Notes under the pieces: generated by a model
What the model was told of the DNA's origin: nothing
The model's database searches: none
The model's input: the letters and a program-made list of their open reading frames with translations, nothing else
Source: Antedon mediterranea
Lineage: Eukaryota > Animalia > Echinodermata
Reading direction: 5' to 3'
Assembly (NCBI RefSeq): GCF_964355755.1
Contig: NC_092678.1
Coordinates: forward strand, 7,394,422 to 7,458,421
Length of the DNA: 64,000 bases
Part shown: positions 24,501 through 39,500 of the stretch, piece after piece
How positions within the stretch are numbered: the first letter of the stretch is position 1
Layout of the letters: each line of letters starts with the position of its first letter
Program-made: the position numbers and the translations under genes

Positions 24501-27500
24501 AATTTAAAGAACATGGCGCCAGTTTTTTTAGATTGATATTTGCAATTAAGAAGTTCTTTTTTTCTCTTTATTTGCTAGTGTATACTTACCATTGTTACAT
24601 TCACAATGATATGTCTTCCAGTCGTCGATGCACATTGAATCGACGGGACAAGGATCAGACTTGCACGGATTCTCATAATTGCAACCAGACGTAACCATTA
24701 TTTCGTCCTGAACAACTAGATCCAAAGAACCAACTTTGACACCCTTTAAAGAAATCAAAATAAAACGCAAATTAGGTTTTGAGAAACAAATTCCCAACTG
24801 CTTGATTATAATTTAATGTCAAATCAATATTTAATTGTCTAATTCACACTTAAAAAACTATAGACTTAAAAAATTGACTAGAAAATTTTGGATTTGTCCA
24901 ACGGGAAATGAGCCCGAAGCTAGCATCCATTGGCTAGGGCCATCAAATGCGGAGCCTACAGAAGCTCCAACAATATTAGACATTTAAAGATAGTTTTAGT
25001 CGCTCTTAAAGATAAAAATCATGGGTTTTTAGAAAGGTTTTACGATGGAAACACAAGTCACAGCTTCATAAACCTCTACACCTGTACAACTATTTATGCA
25101 AATTACTTATGTTAATATGCAATTAGTAAAGATTCTACCTGAATGCATCCTGAAAATCCACTCTGAACGTCTCCTTCAACCATGATGCCACCAACCTCAA
25201 GTATACTAACAGGTGAACCAGCTATTTCATACACAACTATCTCAGTTTGCTATAAAAAAAAAAGGCGGGAAAAAAAAGTGGTGATAGTCTGCTATATTAT
25301 ATGGAAAGGTTAATAAATTGATATAGATTCGAAAGATACTGGTTTTATTTCAAGAAACGAAGCAATTTTCTTCGTTTTCAATTAAGAATATAACTTACGG
25401 TTACTTTGCCGTAATCCAGTTTGACAACGACCTCCCGGTTTTTCCATTCAGCTTCAACATAATGCCACTCTCCATCATTTATCTTCATACTGCTAACTGT
25501 TGTTATCACGTCCTCCCGGTAACGATACTGTACGTATCCATTCTCAACCTAAATAAAGATTTTTTTTTTCAATTAAATATCGTATGCAGATTGGGATGGG
25601 AAGAAAGTAATAGATGACTTTAGGGAAAGGTAAACCAAGAAAGTAAATAAATGTTTAATTTAGTTATTCTATACGAATATATACTTTCCAATAGTAGTAA
25701 TAAGAGGTAACATTTAAGACACAGACATTGTCACTGTTTTACAGGTTTCCCGAAGTGCTGGAGTGTTAAAAGAAATGTAGTTGCTCTTGTCCTTTTCACA
25801 AGTGTCGCTCCAATAGGGTGTCCCCTGAAAAGGGGTTTTCCCCCAAAAAATGGGTTCTACTTTTGCTCTTGTCCTTTTCACAAGTGTCGCTCCAATAGGG
25901 TGTCCCCTGAAAAGGGGTTTTCCCCCAAAAAATGGGTTCTACTTTTGCTCTTGTTCTTTTCACAAGTGTCGCTTCAATAGGGTGTCCCCTGAAAAGGGGT
26001 TTTCCCCCAAAAAATGGGTTCTACTTTTGCTCTTGTTCTTTTCACAAGTGTCGCTTCAATAGGGTGTCCCCTGAAAAAGGGGTGTTTCCCCCAAAAAATG
26101 GGTTCTACTTTTGCTCTTGTCCTTTTCACAAGTGTCGCTTCAATAGGGTGTCCCCTGAAAAAGGGGTGTTTCCCCCAAAAAATGGGTTCTACTTTTGCTC
26201 TTGTTCTTTTCACAAGTGTCCCCTCAATAGGGTGTCCCCTGAAAAAGGGGTGTTTCCCCCAAAAAATGGGTTCTACTTTTGCTCTTGTTCTTTTCACAAG
26301 TGTCGCTTCAATAGGGTGTCCCCTGAAAAAGGGGTGTTTCCCCAAAAAAATGGGTTCTACTTTTGCTCTTGTTCTTTTCACAAGTGTCGCTTCAATAGGG
26401 TGTCCCCTGAAAAGGGGTGTTCCCCCAAAAAATGGGTTCTACTTTTGCTCTTGTCCTTTTCACAAGTGTCGCTTCAATAGGGTGTCCCCTGAAAAGGGGT
26501 GTTTCCAAAAAAAATGAGTTCTACTTTTGCTCTTGTCCTTTTCACAAGTGTCACTTCAATAGGGTGTCCCCTGAAAAGGGGTTTTCCCCCAAAAAAATGG
26601 GTACTACTTTTGCTCTTGTCCTTTTCACAAGTGTCACTTCAATAGGGTGTCCCCTGAAAAGGGGTGTTCCCCAAAAAAAATGGGTTCTACTTTTGCTCTT
26701 GTCCTTTTCACAAGTGTTGCTTCAATAGGGTGTCCCCTGAAAAGGGGTGTTCCCCCAAAAAATGGGTTTTACTGTATCAATATCTCTTAAAAATACATCT
26801 TATTCTACAGTAGTAAAATATATTGTATTTAAATAGGAAAATGCTATTTCAAAAAACATTACTGTACCTCAAAGAATATTTCTTTTTGACTGTCTACTGT
26901 ACCAACTTTTATGTACATCAACAATCCTGCTGTAGCACGTGTTCTGAACGACACAGAATTCTTCCATGGGAGTGTAATACCAGTCGGCGTAACCTCATAA
27001 CGTACTACGCCGACGCCATCAAATCTCTTAGGTTGGCTTGACCCTAGATTAGTGAAAATGCAGACACTTAATACGAGAAATGTAATCTTTGGAGATATGC
27101 TTGATTGATTTTCACACCTTAGAAATTACAAATACAGAGTAATGATGCATATTGTCTATGATATAAAAACAGATTTTCAATTCATTGACTACACTTTACA
27201 TTCATTGATAAAATGTATCATTATTATACAAAGTCAATAATGACCCGAAAAAAACATAAAACATTTTTCAATCTTCAAATATTTGTTTTTTTATTAATTT
27301 ATTTATTCAAATATTTTATTTTGTTTTGCTGAAATGAAAAAAAAATTATTTATTTGGTAAAACCATAAAAAAATTTTTTTTCTAGAAGACAATTTCTGGT
27401 TTAAATAATAACCGAATATTTTGTACTCTTTTAAAAATGAAACCAGTTTTGTTTGTGTTTATTCTTTTCCTCCGAACATGAATAATTTTATCTACAAAAT

Positions 27501-30500
27501 ACATATTTTATTTTATGTAAATGTATTCATCATGTTTTGGTGGATAATACCCTTTAAAAACAATAATGAAAAACAAAATAAGTAAAGTTTAAATTTAAAT
27601 TTTCTGACAATAATCACAGTTTGGCAATGTAGAATCCAATACTATCTAAAGTTGTAATTGACAGCAAAGAGGAGATAGTAAAAAGATTAACTCTGAAAAA
27701 CAGGTACGATTTATAAGAGAGCATAAAATGTAAATATATAGTTGGCAAATGCTGTAGCAGTTAAATTCAATTAATTATAAAAAAACAGATGCATATTAGC
27801 AATGATTTGGAAAATTTAACAAATGCAAAAAATAATTCCGAGAGACTTGTGATAAGAGCTGATTAAGTGTACAGTCTGTATCCTTCATTGTACGCGATGT
27901 CTCATTAGATTTAGCAACTTTCATAAAATCAATAGTAACGAATCGTTGAGCTTAATTTCCGTGCTTTTCACATTTCAAGTGTAATGACATCACCGCTGTT
28001 GCACGGTACATTTTGCGAGAAATAACAATGAAATGCGATAGGTTAATGTAATCGCCCGAAGACTGTATTCGCGTTAGTGGAATGTGTTACAGCGTACGTA
28101 TGATGTTACCCACATACTGTTGGCCTGCGCTACTTTTTTGTTAATGTAGGTAAATAGGACTTGACAACTGCACAAAAGGACTGATTACATTAGCGTACTG
28201 ATATCAAGTTTCTTCAATATGAAATCAATTGATCTACAATGTTATTAAAAATTGCATCAATTATTATCAAATTATGTTATTCTACTAATCATTAATAATT
28301 ATTAAATCATTTTGGTATAATATTAATAATATAAATGAAACTATGGCATTTAAGCTATGGTATTATGGTAATACAGAAATCATTTTAATTATATTGATTT
28401 TAATGTGATTTTGTGTAAAATCTTGGTAAAAATGTTTTTCTTATACTAAACTTGTAGAGCACCGTTCTGTGTCGTTATGCCATGTATTATAAAACAGTAG
28501 AGAGGCTCAAACAAAGTGTGCAGTAGGTGTGTCCTTTAAATTTGGGTTGGTCATTGTGTAAAACATATTTTTTTTGCTTATCACAGAAAATGTCCCCATA
28601 ATAGTCCTTGAATAGGGATGTCCCTAAATAGAAGGGGTCCTAAAGTAAAAGACATAATTATCAAATAATCAATCAATACATTTTTTTAATTAAAAAAATA
28701 TATAACAAGTTTATTTAAGAGAAGAACATTATTTTATACCGTTGAAGCAAATTAAAATTTTTTTTTTTTACAGGCAATCAAAATACTATTACATAGTGTA
28801 TTATTCGAAGCTATAAATTTTAACACATCATTTCAAAATAAATATAATTTTAATTTACGAGAATAATAATTTATATCACACACTGTTAAATCAAATTAAA
28901 TATAATATCATTGTATTATATAAAATAATGACATGTGTTACATTAAAAAGGAGTGCGGTTTAAATTGTAAATTCAGTTCAATACTAATAAATATTAATTT
29001 ACAATCTATAATATTTTCATCATTTCATAATAACGTCTTATTATTTCTGAACTATTTATTATTCTATTCACGGTATGCAGCATCTATTGACGTGAACTGT
29101 TTAATATATTAGTAAATTTTGTAATTATTCTAGAACAGAGAATATATCTCATATAGTATCTTAGCCACGTTACAACATATTCATCAGTTAACGTATATCG
29201 GTAAAATGCTGCAAAATGTATTTTCAAATAAATGGTTTAAAGTGAACTAGATAACTTTAATGTGTAGTTAATGTAATATGTATCAGAAGAGAATCTGAGA
29301 TTTCTGGTATGGCAAGCATTTAATAGATTTTAATCTATAACATTTGTATGATAAGATGATTGTCATAGTACATTTAATTAGCTATATATTCAAATTGTTG
29401 TTATTTGTGCACTCACACAGTATGGGTATCTAAGCAACCAGAATTGTATTTTGAATTTTTTTAACTATGTTTAAAAATTATCCGTCATCTTTGATCCAAT
29501 ATGGCAGCCAGAATGATGTTTAAAATCCTTTCCACAACAGGCTGGGATTGTAGGCCTAATTGTTTATTTTGCTAATTGCACATATCCACATGAAGTATCA
29601 ACATCAACAGACTTGTACAAGGAAGGTTCTAAATTAAACATTTGAAAACCAACCATAAATTATATAATTTTATGTTCTGAGGATAATTTCTATATTATTC
29701 AACCCCAGGGGGTATTTATTGTTAATGAGGTAAACTTTAAATTGGATTTGTTATTCAACCGTTGACATTAAAACCTTCTAATTTATAGGTGTTTAAAACT
29801 TGCTGGCAGACAGAAGTTGATATCAACAAACCTTTTACAAAGACAAGTGATTTGGGTTACTATATATAGCATTAAAACTATTTTCATAGATGTATTATTG
29901 CACGAGTTTTATCTTTTATTAACACCAAAACCTTCTCTTAACCTTTATAAAGTTTCTTCACTTTAGACTAAACTGTAAAAAGGCGACAATTAGCACAGAA
30001 TCCAACATGCAAACAACAAACCAATCTATATTCATTATATTTGCAAGGTAACGCAAACATTAGCGTGAAAGAACTTCCCCTGTGACCAAACTCCAAATTG
30101 ACAAAAACTACCCACAATGCATAGCAATGCCTTGAGGGCCCTATACGAGGTGTCTATCATAGGATGATTCACTACCAGAATAAACACCTCCCCCTCACCT
30201 TTGATTTATATACTCAATACGAAGAAGAAATACTCTAATGCGAATACCCATAGGCACATTAAAATCTCCATGACAAAGTAATAGTCAACAATTTTTTGTT
30301 CTGTTCTGGCTTGTTATGACTTAAAAGAATGTAATGTGTTCTATTTTACTTCGTCTACTGATTGACGGTTCTCTAAGTGGCTTCCTCTGGTGACTATAAA
30401 ATCAGCTGAACTTTCGAGGCAAATTGGATATTATTTGGCGGATAATTGATGTTCTGCGAACGTGAAGAGTCATCGAGCCATTTCAAGACGGACAATAAAA

Positions 30501-33500
30501 TTGGAGAGCTAGTTCGAAAACGCAGTTTATGAGTGAAGTTAGATATGCAACAAGCTTGCAGAAGGTGTATTAGAAAAAAGGCACACATTTGAAAATTAAG
30601 GAGAATTTTATCTTGGTTATTACTTATATTATTTGATCATGATAATATCATATTTGATTTATTCAAAACTATAAATATAAAACACATCTCCCTACGTCAT
30701 GTTGTTTAATTTGTTGATTTGTATTATATAAAATGTATTTTTTGCCTGAATAAATAAATAAATACATAAATAAAAATAAATACAAAATTACTAGATACAC
30801 AAGATTTAGACGCATTTATTATATTAAATTCCCTATGTGAAAATAATGTAATTAAATATTGTATATCATTAATATGTTAATGAACCATTTGTGCTTTAGT
30901 TATTACTTTGATTTGTAGTTTATATCAATGTTATTCTTTCTTTATATCAATTGTTTTTATGATTGTAGATCCCTCTTTGATGTTAAAATGTGTACTTTGT
31001 ATTGTAAGCTGATGTGATCCATCTCCTTCTCAATTGCCCCATGAGGGATGAATAAAGATTAATATTGGGGATTTAGAAAGCTATCCCTGGTACCATACAA
31101 TTGATTGTGTTTTTTATTTGTTCTCATCTGTGTTTGTTCTTTATGTTAATAAATAATATATGAATATTTAAGTACCTTGTTCGCATCGTTGTCCGGTATA
31201 TCCCTGCCGACACTCGCACTGGTACGTGTTCCATTGACTAATACACGACCCACCATTCTCACAAAGACCCTGGCGACAGAAGTTCTCCTTTGCCCCACAT
31301 CCAGACTCCGTCAGATAATCCTCCACGCTCGAGGCGAGATCTAGAAGATTGTCGTCGATTGTTACGTCTCGTATGCAACCAATAAAATCTCTACTTGTCA
31401 CTTGGAATGGGTCTGGCACCTCAGGGAGTCCGCCAATTATGAACGGACCAGTTAGATCTAAGAATCTATTAAAATAAAAAAAATTTTATATTATGCATTC
31501 CAAATATACAAAAATGTACAAAATTAAAATATGAACTATTTACTTTGATTTCGATAGATTATCAATGGAAAATACATTTATAATCCACCATGAAAAAATG
31601 TCCTCTGGTCAGGTTTAAATCTTTGACCCCTTGCTTACCAGAACTTTATTAAAATGTATTAAAAACATGCTAATTTCTGTTACTTACTCAATACAATTAT
31701 ATGATTAATAAAATTGTAAACTCGCTTAATACAAGACATATATTCATATACAACAAAATTATACAATTTGACTGGGGTAATAATGTACAGGTTTCACAAC
31801 ACGAGGCGCTTTATAAATCCAGGATATTATAATATTATATCTTATATCACCTATTGAATATGAAATTTATACTGTATATATCCAGGACCATGACATATCT
31901 AGTTATGTTCCCTCACTGTATCCACTTACTTCTTTTCAGTAGTAGCCTGTGTGGCTCTTGCAGCACATTTGTATTCTGTCTCTCCGCTGGATCCAAAATG
32001 TAACGCTACCTCAACATCGCAGTCATCAATAGATATTGTTGCCGTCTGAAATATAAAAAAGTACAAATTTTATTGAGGAATGCTTTAAAAATAATAAAAG
32101 TAGATGTTATATTTAACAGATATGAATTTCTACCAAATTTAACAGTTTATTATAGAGAATAACAGTTTAAAATTGTAGTGTGGTAGGATTTAAAATAAGT
32201 ACAAGCATTAAAATATAAATTTCTCTAACGGAAAGTGTCTCCATAAAAGGGTGTCCCAAAGGTTCAATTTGTTAATGGAAATTAATCTAATACTTTTTCT
32301 AATCATTGAATTTTCTAAAATCATTAAACAGCATTAAAATAACAAATATTCACATTTTATGTTTATTAACAAAGACAGAATATTGCCAAAAGAATATTTT
32401 TATTTTAACTCTTAAATTTAGATAAAAGATACACTGTATGTGTAAAATGCTGTATTAAATGAATAAATACAGCATAATTTTACTTTGAAATTCTGAAAAC
32501 ACTATCTAATATAGCATAACATGTATTTCTAAAAGAATATTTCATTTAACTTTGTATGTAACCATGTGTAAATGATGTATGTACCCTCTAATGTATTTCT
32601 TCATATCAAATGAATAAATTCTGGCACGGTATAATTTTACATATTAATATACCTGAAACCTATATTTCAGTTGAATGATAATGCGTACCCATTTTCCATA
32701 AATATTACCAATGACTCATGTATTAAATAAAATTACGAAACATCTGTAGAGTTTATTTGGCAGCAGGTTAAGGAACGGCATGCCACTTTCGTTATAATTG
32801 ACTCACCATCATCTTTACTCACCACTGACTTGAAGGAATTGTTTTTGGGAAAGTAAACTAAATGGGTTAGGGTTTTGTTTTGTTTGTGGCGCATCATTTG
32901 GGCGTTCCATACTTAGTAATTGATCTGTACTGTAACCAATTTTAAATACCTACATATGGTACATTTAATGATATTAAGTATTATTGTTTTTGTGTGTTTT
33001 TAAAAGATAACTAAAGAGAAATGCCACATTGTTGTATATATATTATATATAAATATGTTTCATTAAAAGATATAAATTCAGAACTGATGACGGTGATAAT
33101 TAATATATTTAAATATCAACATGGTTTGTTAGGAATAATGTCTAAAGACACTCGCATGCCTAAAGACACTCACATGTCTAAAGACACTCAAGAGACTATG
33201 TTAATCCTTAATGAACATGCGAAACATGTTGTCTATTAAACAAGTCAAGCAGGCTAGACCTATGGCATTCTTTGTTGCATTCTGTAAATCTCATTCAACT
33301 TTTGTAGAACTTAATAGAGTTCTTATCAAACTATTTCTAAGCAGAGGTAGATATGGAGGGTTGTGGGGTAGTGGAGATTTTGGTTTCACAAAATGATCAT
33401 CTTCGCTAAAACCCATTTGCTTACTCGAATATTAAAACGTTCCAAACTTGACGTCCAAAAAGGATTATTTCAAAAACTGTTGAAATTACATTTTGGGAAA

Positions 33501-36500
33501 TGATACATTATAGAGAACTAGTCAATTTCGGCCAAACCAGCCGATGGATGTCCAATATTGGGAGAGTTTTATTGAATCATCAAAAATACAGATTAATATT
33601 AGTATACAAATAAGCAAATACTGTATTAGTATAAACTTGGTAGAAAAAATATGGCAAAAACAATCATTATGGTCAAATCAAAATAATATACTTGTAATAT
33701 ACACAAATTGTTTATAATATATGGCGTATGCTAGTAATATCAAATAGTAAAAAAAGAACGCAAAAATTTGATGAGGGAGAGGAGGTGAAACTAAAATTTT
33801 TTGTTTGGCCTTAAAATAAAAAATTAACATTGACTATGATCATTGTTGCATTAAGAATTTTAAAGGTTATTACACATAGTTCTGAACATCACTTTAACTT
33901 TATTCAGTAATGTTTGAATTAACTTATCCATTTTAAGTTGTCAATCTCAATGATAATTCCTACTGAACAATACGGAACTTTACTTATATCATTCTATCAA
34001 CAGTAGAAACATCAAAGATAGCGAAATTGAGAAAGACGGAATGTAGAATTACTTCGCCGAATGCAATTAAGGTTGTGTGCACGTTATGAGATTGTACACA
34101 TTAACATTCAGATGTGAATTTCACACATAGTCCAGCAGCTGATATGCTACCAAAGTTACTATCAGAAATTGTATCCTAATGTTAATTACGATACTGTATG
34201 ATCAGTTCCTTATATCACAACTCAGCCTAAGAAATACATAGTGTTCCTAAACTCATTTCTTCCTCACTCCACAACTCGAAGTACATGATATAATTCGTGA
34301 ATATGATAAAATCAAACTAGTTATTCATTCATAGAAGCACTGATGAAACAGTCTACTCTTAGTGATGGTGACTATAGAATGGTCCCTAGATCTGTCTTAA
34401 GCTCTGTCCACACTATCAAACAAGGTGTGATGCCACCAAATATGGTAGTGATATGCCCAAATATGGTAGTGATATATCATCATGTCTATATCCTAAAGCA
34501 ATGACTAAATCCATCACCAGAAGGCATATCTGACATTGATTATTCTAACCTATTCATTTATAAAATGACAAATCTTCTACAGACGACGACTAATCCTACA
34601 ATATAAGAAAATTTAATCAATTCTTCTTTTTTTAAATATTCTTAGGATGACATTCACAGTAATATAGGTGTTGATGACTCACTATACGCCACCAGGTATT
34701 CTCGTTTTTATAATCTCATCTGATCGTGTAATCACTCTATCATTTGGCAGCAAGCCCAGGGTATCGTCCTTCTTCTATTATCTCATTTAAATAAACTTGG
34801 TATTCTTTCATTGTAAACAGGTAATATTGTTTAAGGGAAGGAAATTCTTAATTTCTATGTTTGTAAATAAGAAAGGTTTATCTAATTTAAATACTAAAAA
34901 TTACTTTGTATGATAAGTAAAAAATATAATTAAGAAGGAAAGCAATTTTTTAATATAACTTTTGTTGTCTTACAATAAATAAAAGAAAGATTTATCACAT
35001 TGTATTACAGAAACTCAGTAAATACATTTGTAACTAAGCAAAAATGACATTTTTGTTAATAACTTTGGTTTTTTCCTACAAGGAAATGGAAGATTAAAGG
35101 TTTATTTCATTTTTTTTGCTCCTAGAAATTACAAATTCATAACAAATATCAAACAAAAAGAACAAAAACCATTATTCAAAATTATGCTAAATGTGTATAT
35201 AAAATTGATATGAAACATATCTTTATATCTTTGTTGTTTTTGTATTAAAAAGAACAAAGCAACATTTTTATTTTGTTTTAAATAAAATAGTTTCTTCAAT
35301 AAAAAGTTACACAAAATAAAAGTAAATTTTTCAAACAATAGCAATAAATAAAGTTATTGCTTTGAGTAAGAAATAGTAGGGGACTCTTGGGGCGTACCAT
35401 TTTTTTTAATGGGGTTACTGTTAGCAATATAATTCAACTCTACAGTTAATTCTATTAAATTTGTGACCAATATGGGAGCTCCTAAAACTCACCTTATGAC
35501 ATAAAATGGCGACAAATAACTAAGTTGTATTACATGGAATTTATTTTGAAACTAGTGAAATATTTTTTGTTAGTGTAATAATTTCTTTTGAATCTAATGT
35601 ACTGTAAAATATGTATGAAAAATTGAAAGAAAATGATATAAAAAATATAAAATAATCATTAAAAAGCAGCTAAAAGTGTCTACAGAATAGAAAATTGGAT
35701 TATGAAAATTCTATAATTATGAAACTACAAAGAAAGTTCAATTTTAAATACTGCAGAAAGATTAAGAAAAAAATATACAGTAGATATTTGAATGTGAAGA
35801 TTAACCAATTAAAAACATAATAAAAAGGCACCGAATAATTTTCACATCAAATTCAATCAATCACGGTTATTTTCTTCCCATTGAAAATTCTATTAAAAAT
35901 ATATACTATATACAGTATAACTACCACCATTGCAGTATTGTTACCATTTGAATGAATTGACATTGCACCAATATTATTAAGCAATTACCAGTTAAAAAGC
36001 AACATATTGAAATAAAGTTTTCTAAATTATAGTCTACAAGAATAAATACACCATCTATCTAGTTTTAAAAGCAGTGTCAGAGGTGGAGACAGAATAAAGG
36101 GATATCTCCCTCTACTGAAGTTTCTTGGGGTGGTGCAAATACACCTCCAACCCCTTTCTTTCAGGATTTTCCCCTGAACCTGTGATATATGTAAAACCAA
36201 CTCTTTCTAAAAGCAGTATCAGGGGTGGATCTAGAGGAGATGTCTCCATCTCTGTATAATTTTGTTGGGATGAGAACAAGAGAATTACCCCATTCTTTCT
36301 TTTCGTCTTGGATCTGCCCTTAAATGTGACAAGAATTAAAGAAGAATCCAGCAAATTCTAAAAGCAATCTCTATGCATGTAATAAAATATCACATAGATG
36401 CTACAAAGAGTTTTAAAGTTAATATCTGTATCAAAAGACCTTATTTATTACCTTAACTCCATATTCAGCTCCCTGAATATAAATAAAAGAAAACAAACTA

Positions 36501-39500
36501 ATAAACAAAATGAATATCATTCATCAAAAATTCAGCCAATTGTTTACAAATAAACCTTAAAGAAAAGTTATGTAAAAATTGATTAAATACAAAAATTGTC
36601 ATAATTAAATAAATTGACAAATAAAATCTAATGAGATTTTTCTGGTAAATTAAAAAAAAAATCTTTTGAAATCTAAATTTACTACTGCAGTAAGTTTATT
36701 TTAACCCTTTTCTATTATTTTTTTGTTTTTTGTTTTCATTGACTGCCTTATAATAGATTAAAATAAATTAAAATCTATTATAGCAGAAGAAATGTGGTTA
36801 CTGCAGTAACTGCAGTGGTTACTGCAGTAGAATAATTTATAGAAACAATATTGATAAATTGATTCTATTTTAAAACATCTACAATTTCAATTAGAACTAA
36901 ATGAAGTATAACGTGTCAAATTTTAAACGATTCAAATCTATCCAAGTCCAAGAAGATTATTTTCCTGAAGAGAAAATGTTGTTTAAATAATCATCCATAC
37001 ATGAATACATCATTTTAAAAGTGACAGGGGATTCGACTCGGTGTATCTTTGATGTCGTGTAGTAATTTTACTGAGTGAAGTAAACTATCCAAATAAATGA
37101 GTCACGCACAGTAACGAGGTCTTTAATCAAGTCGTAATAAAACAGGTAATAATATAGCTGAATGAAACTACGCGTTGCGATAATACTCCATCAGCTAAGA
37201 CGCTCGTCATTCAACGTGACCGAATTGTAAATTTATACCTACTGGCTGCTTGTTGCTATACGTCTTTAGGGAATTAAGTTCTAGGAGATGATTTGTAAAA
37301 ACAAAACTTTCATTCATATTCTAACATCTTGCATAACATACTATTAATAAAAATTATTTTAATGATCAACTATAACTAGACATTTTTATCTTAAAAATAT
37401 GTAAAATCATTCTTAATTTTTTTTAAATCATGTTTATTGATATTACCAATGGAAAGTGTACCTTTAATAGGAATGTCCACTCAAATAGGGACTTTCCCTA
37501 AATAAAGATGTCCCCTGGAATAATTGCTCTATTTAAAAATGTATTTAAGTATATGATAGTTGATTATTTCTGACACACATGTTATTGTAATACATTTAGT
37601 TGATTACTTGTACGTCAATTCTCATTAAAGCAGAACATGAGACATCGGACACCTCACAAAGTGAATTCTAAATACAACATTGTCACAACATAATCGATAA
37701 CAGTATCAAATAGACTTGGAACAAAAACGGCCAAATTGGAAGATTGGAGTCAGTCTGGCGCAAAATCCAATATCATCTCTTGTAAAGACTTTATCATTTT
37801 TCACCGTTGCTGAAATTGAGTATGAACCTTCATACCATACACACACCTTACAAACAAAATCAGAGATCAAAACATGCCCTACTTCTTATCTTCTTCTCAT
37901 ACATATTCTTAACTTCTTCACATCCATATTCAGTGATTTGTAGAGTTGTACTTTTTAAAATCGGAATGAGTCATATGTAATAATCGCATCTATAAACAAA
38001 TTAATTTTGGTGCACAATTTGCACTATTTTGTTCTTTCTTCCGATTACTTAAGCGATAATTTAAACATCACAAGTATCTTACAAGTTGCCATAGATACAA
38101 AAGTCGTAAAAAATTATCAGTAAAGGCAAATAAGACACTGTTACCATAATCACATTTCATGTCATAAAAAACGTGTAAACTATCTGTACCTGACATAATA
38201 GTCATCAATTGCACTTTCCACGGTGAAATTTAAGAAAAAATAAACTAGGTCTGAAATTTAAATTTAAAAACTGTAGTTTCCGGATGAGAATTGTTCAACG
38301 GTGATAAATTAATATGATCCAAAATCATAATCATTTGTATCATTATCTTTGTCTAATTATTTTATTCAGGATTTAGTGGTCTCTATTTAGAAGTTACTAA
38401 AAGCAGTCTCTAATCATTTTAGCAGTGTATTTATTATTATTGGTTGTAATAAAATATTATAATTTTTGAAAATTGCAATGTGGTCAGAATTGAAACAGAG
38501 ACTTATGGATTTAAACGAATGTAATGAAAAAATAAAATTATTTGCTGTATAAATTATAACCACAATAAACAAAATTAATATTTATAACAATCAGTCAATA
38601 TAAATAACGTTTATATTTAAAAATTTAAGAAAAGAACATTTAATATTTGAAAAGGTGCATTTCTAACCTAGCATCTGCAACAGAAATACATACATTTCAT
38701 AGCCAAAAGATTCCGTTACAACAAGACAAAATGACACATCTGTAGCCTAATTTACATAGCAAATAAAGATGTTTAAATAACGATTCGTTGTAGCATGCAA
38801 TCATATTCTTGAATCAGCACATATCTAGGCTAGAGATGAAATAAATACGAATAATGTAGATCAAATTTCAAAATTCATTTAAGTTCCGGTTTCAATCAAT
38901 GGTACCTTAAAATGAATCTTTTACTAATTAACTAAGAACTAGGTCATTCTAAAAGTGAATCTTAAAAATGAATTTTGCCCTAAGGGGCAATACAATTTAG
39001 CTGATTAATACATGGTACTTATGGTATTTATATAGGCTACATAAATAAGAAGGAATTATTTGAGAATAAAAATCATAAATATATTAAATTTAATTTATAT
39101 GTAATTAATCAAATTTATTAGTGGAGCCTTTAAAATTATATAATATAAATTATCCAATCTGCAGACAGTACTGTTTCAATCTTATTAGATCTCGTCAGTG
39201 CAGCTCAGGTTTTGAAATAAAATGTACCGCAGAACTGGCACAATATATAGGCTAAGACAGGTATGCGGGACATGGTACACTGATTATGAACACAAAGAGT
39301 GCACAACCTCAACGAGTGCAAAATGCTAATATTATTCACAACAAAAATGCACCGTTTCGAACTGAAGAGTGCTCTACAAAACAACATACTATATATATGT
39401 ATCTTTTTACTGTAAATCAGTTAATCTTATGTTTATAAGTAAATCGCTCTAAAATAATGGATCGTAATTACAAAAATATTTTGTTGCCAATATCAAGCAA

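Noticed and set aside
25782-26776. ORFs of 70-182 aa and CRISPR-like periodicity
   Set aside because: Whole units repeat with no unique spacers, frames shift between units, no cas genes, eukaryotic intron.
32801-32835. Two GTGAGT donors in the giant intron
   Set aside because: The nearby acceptor lacks a convincing pyrimidine tract.
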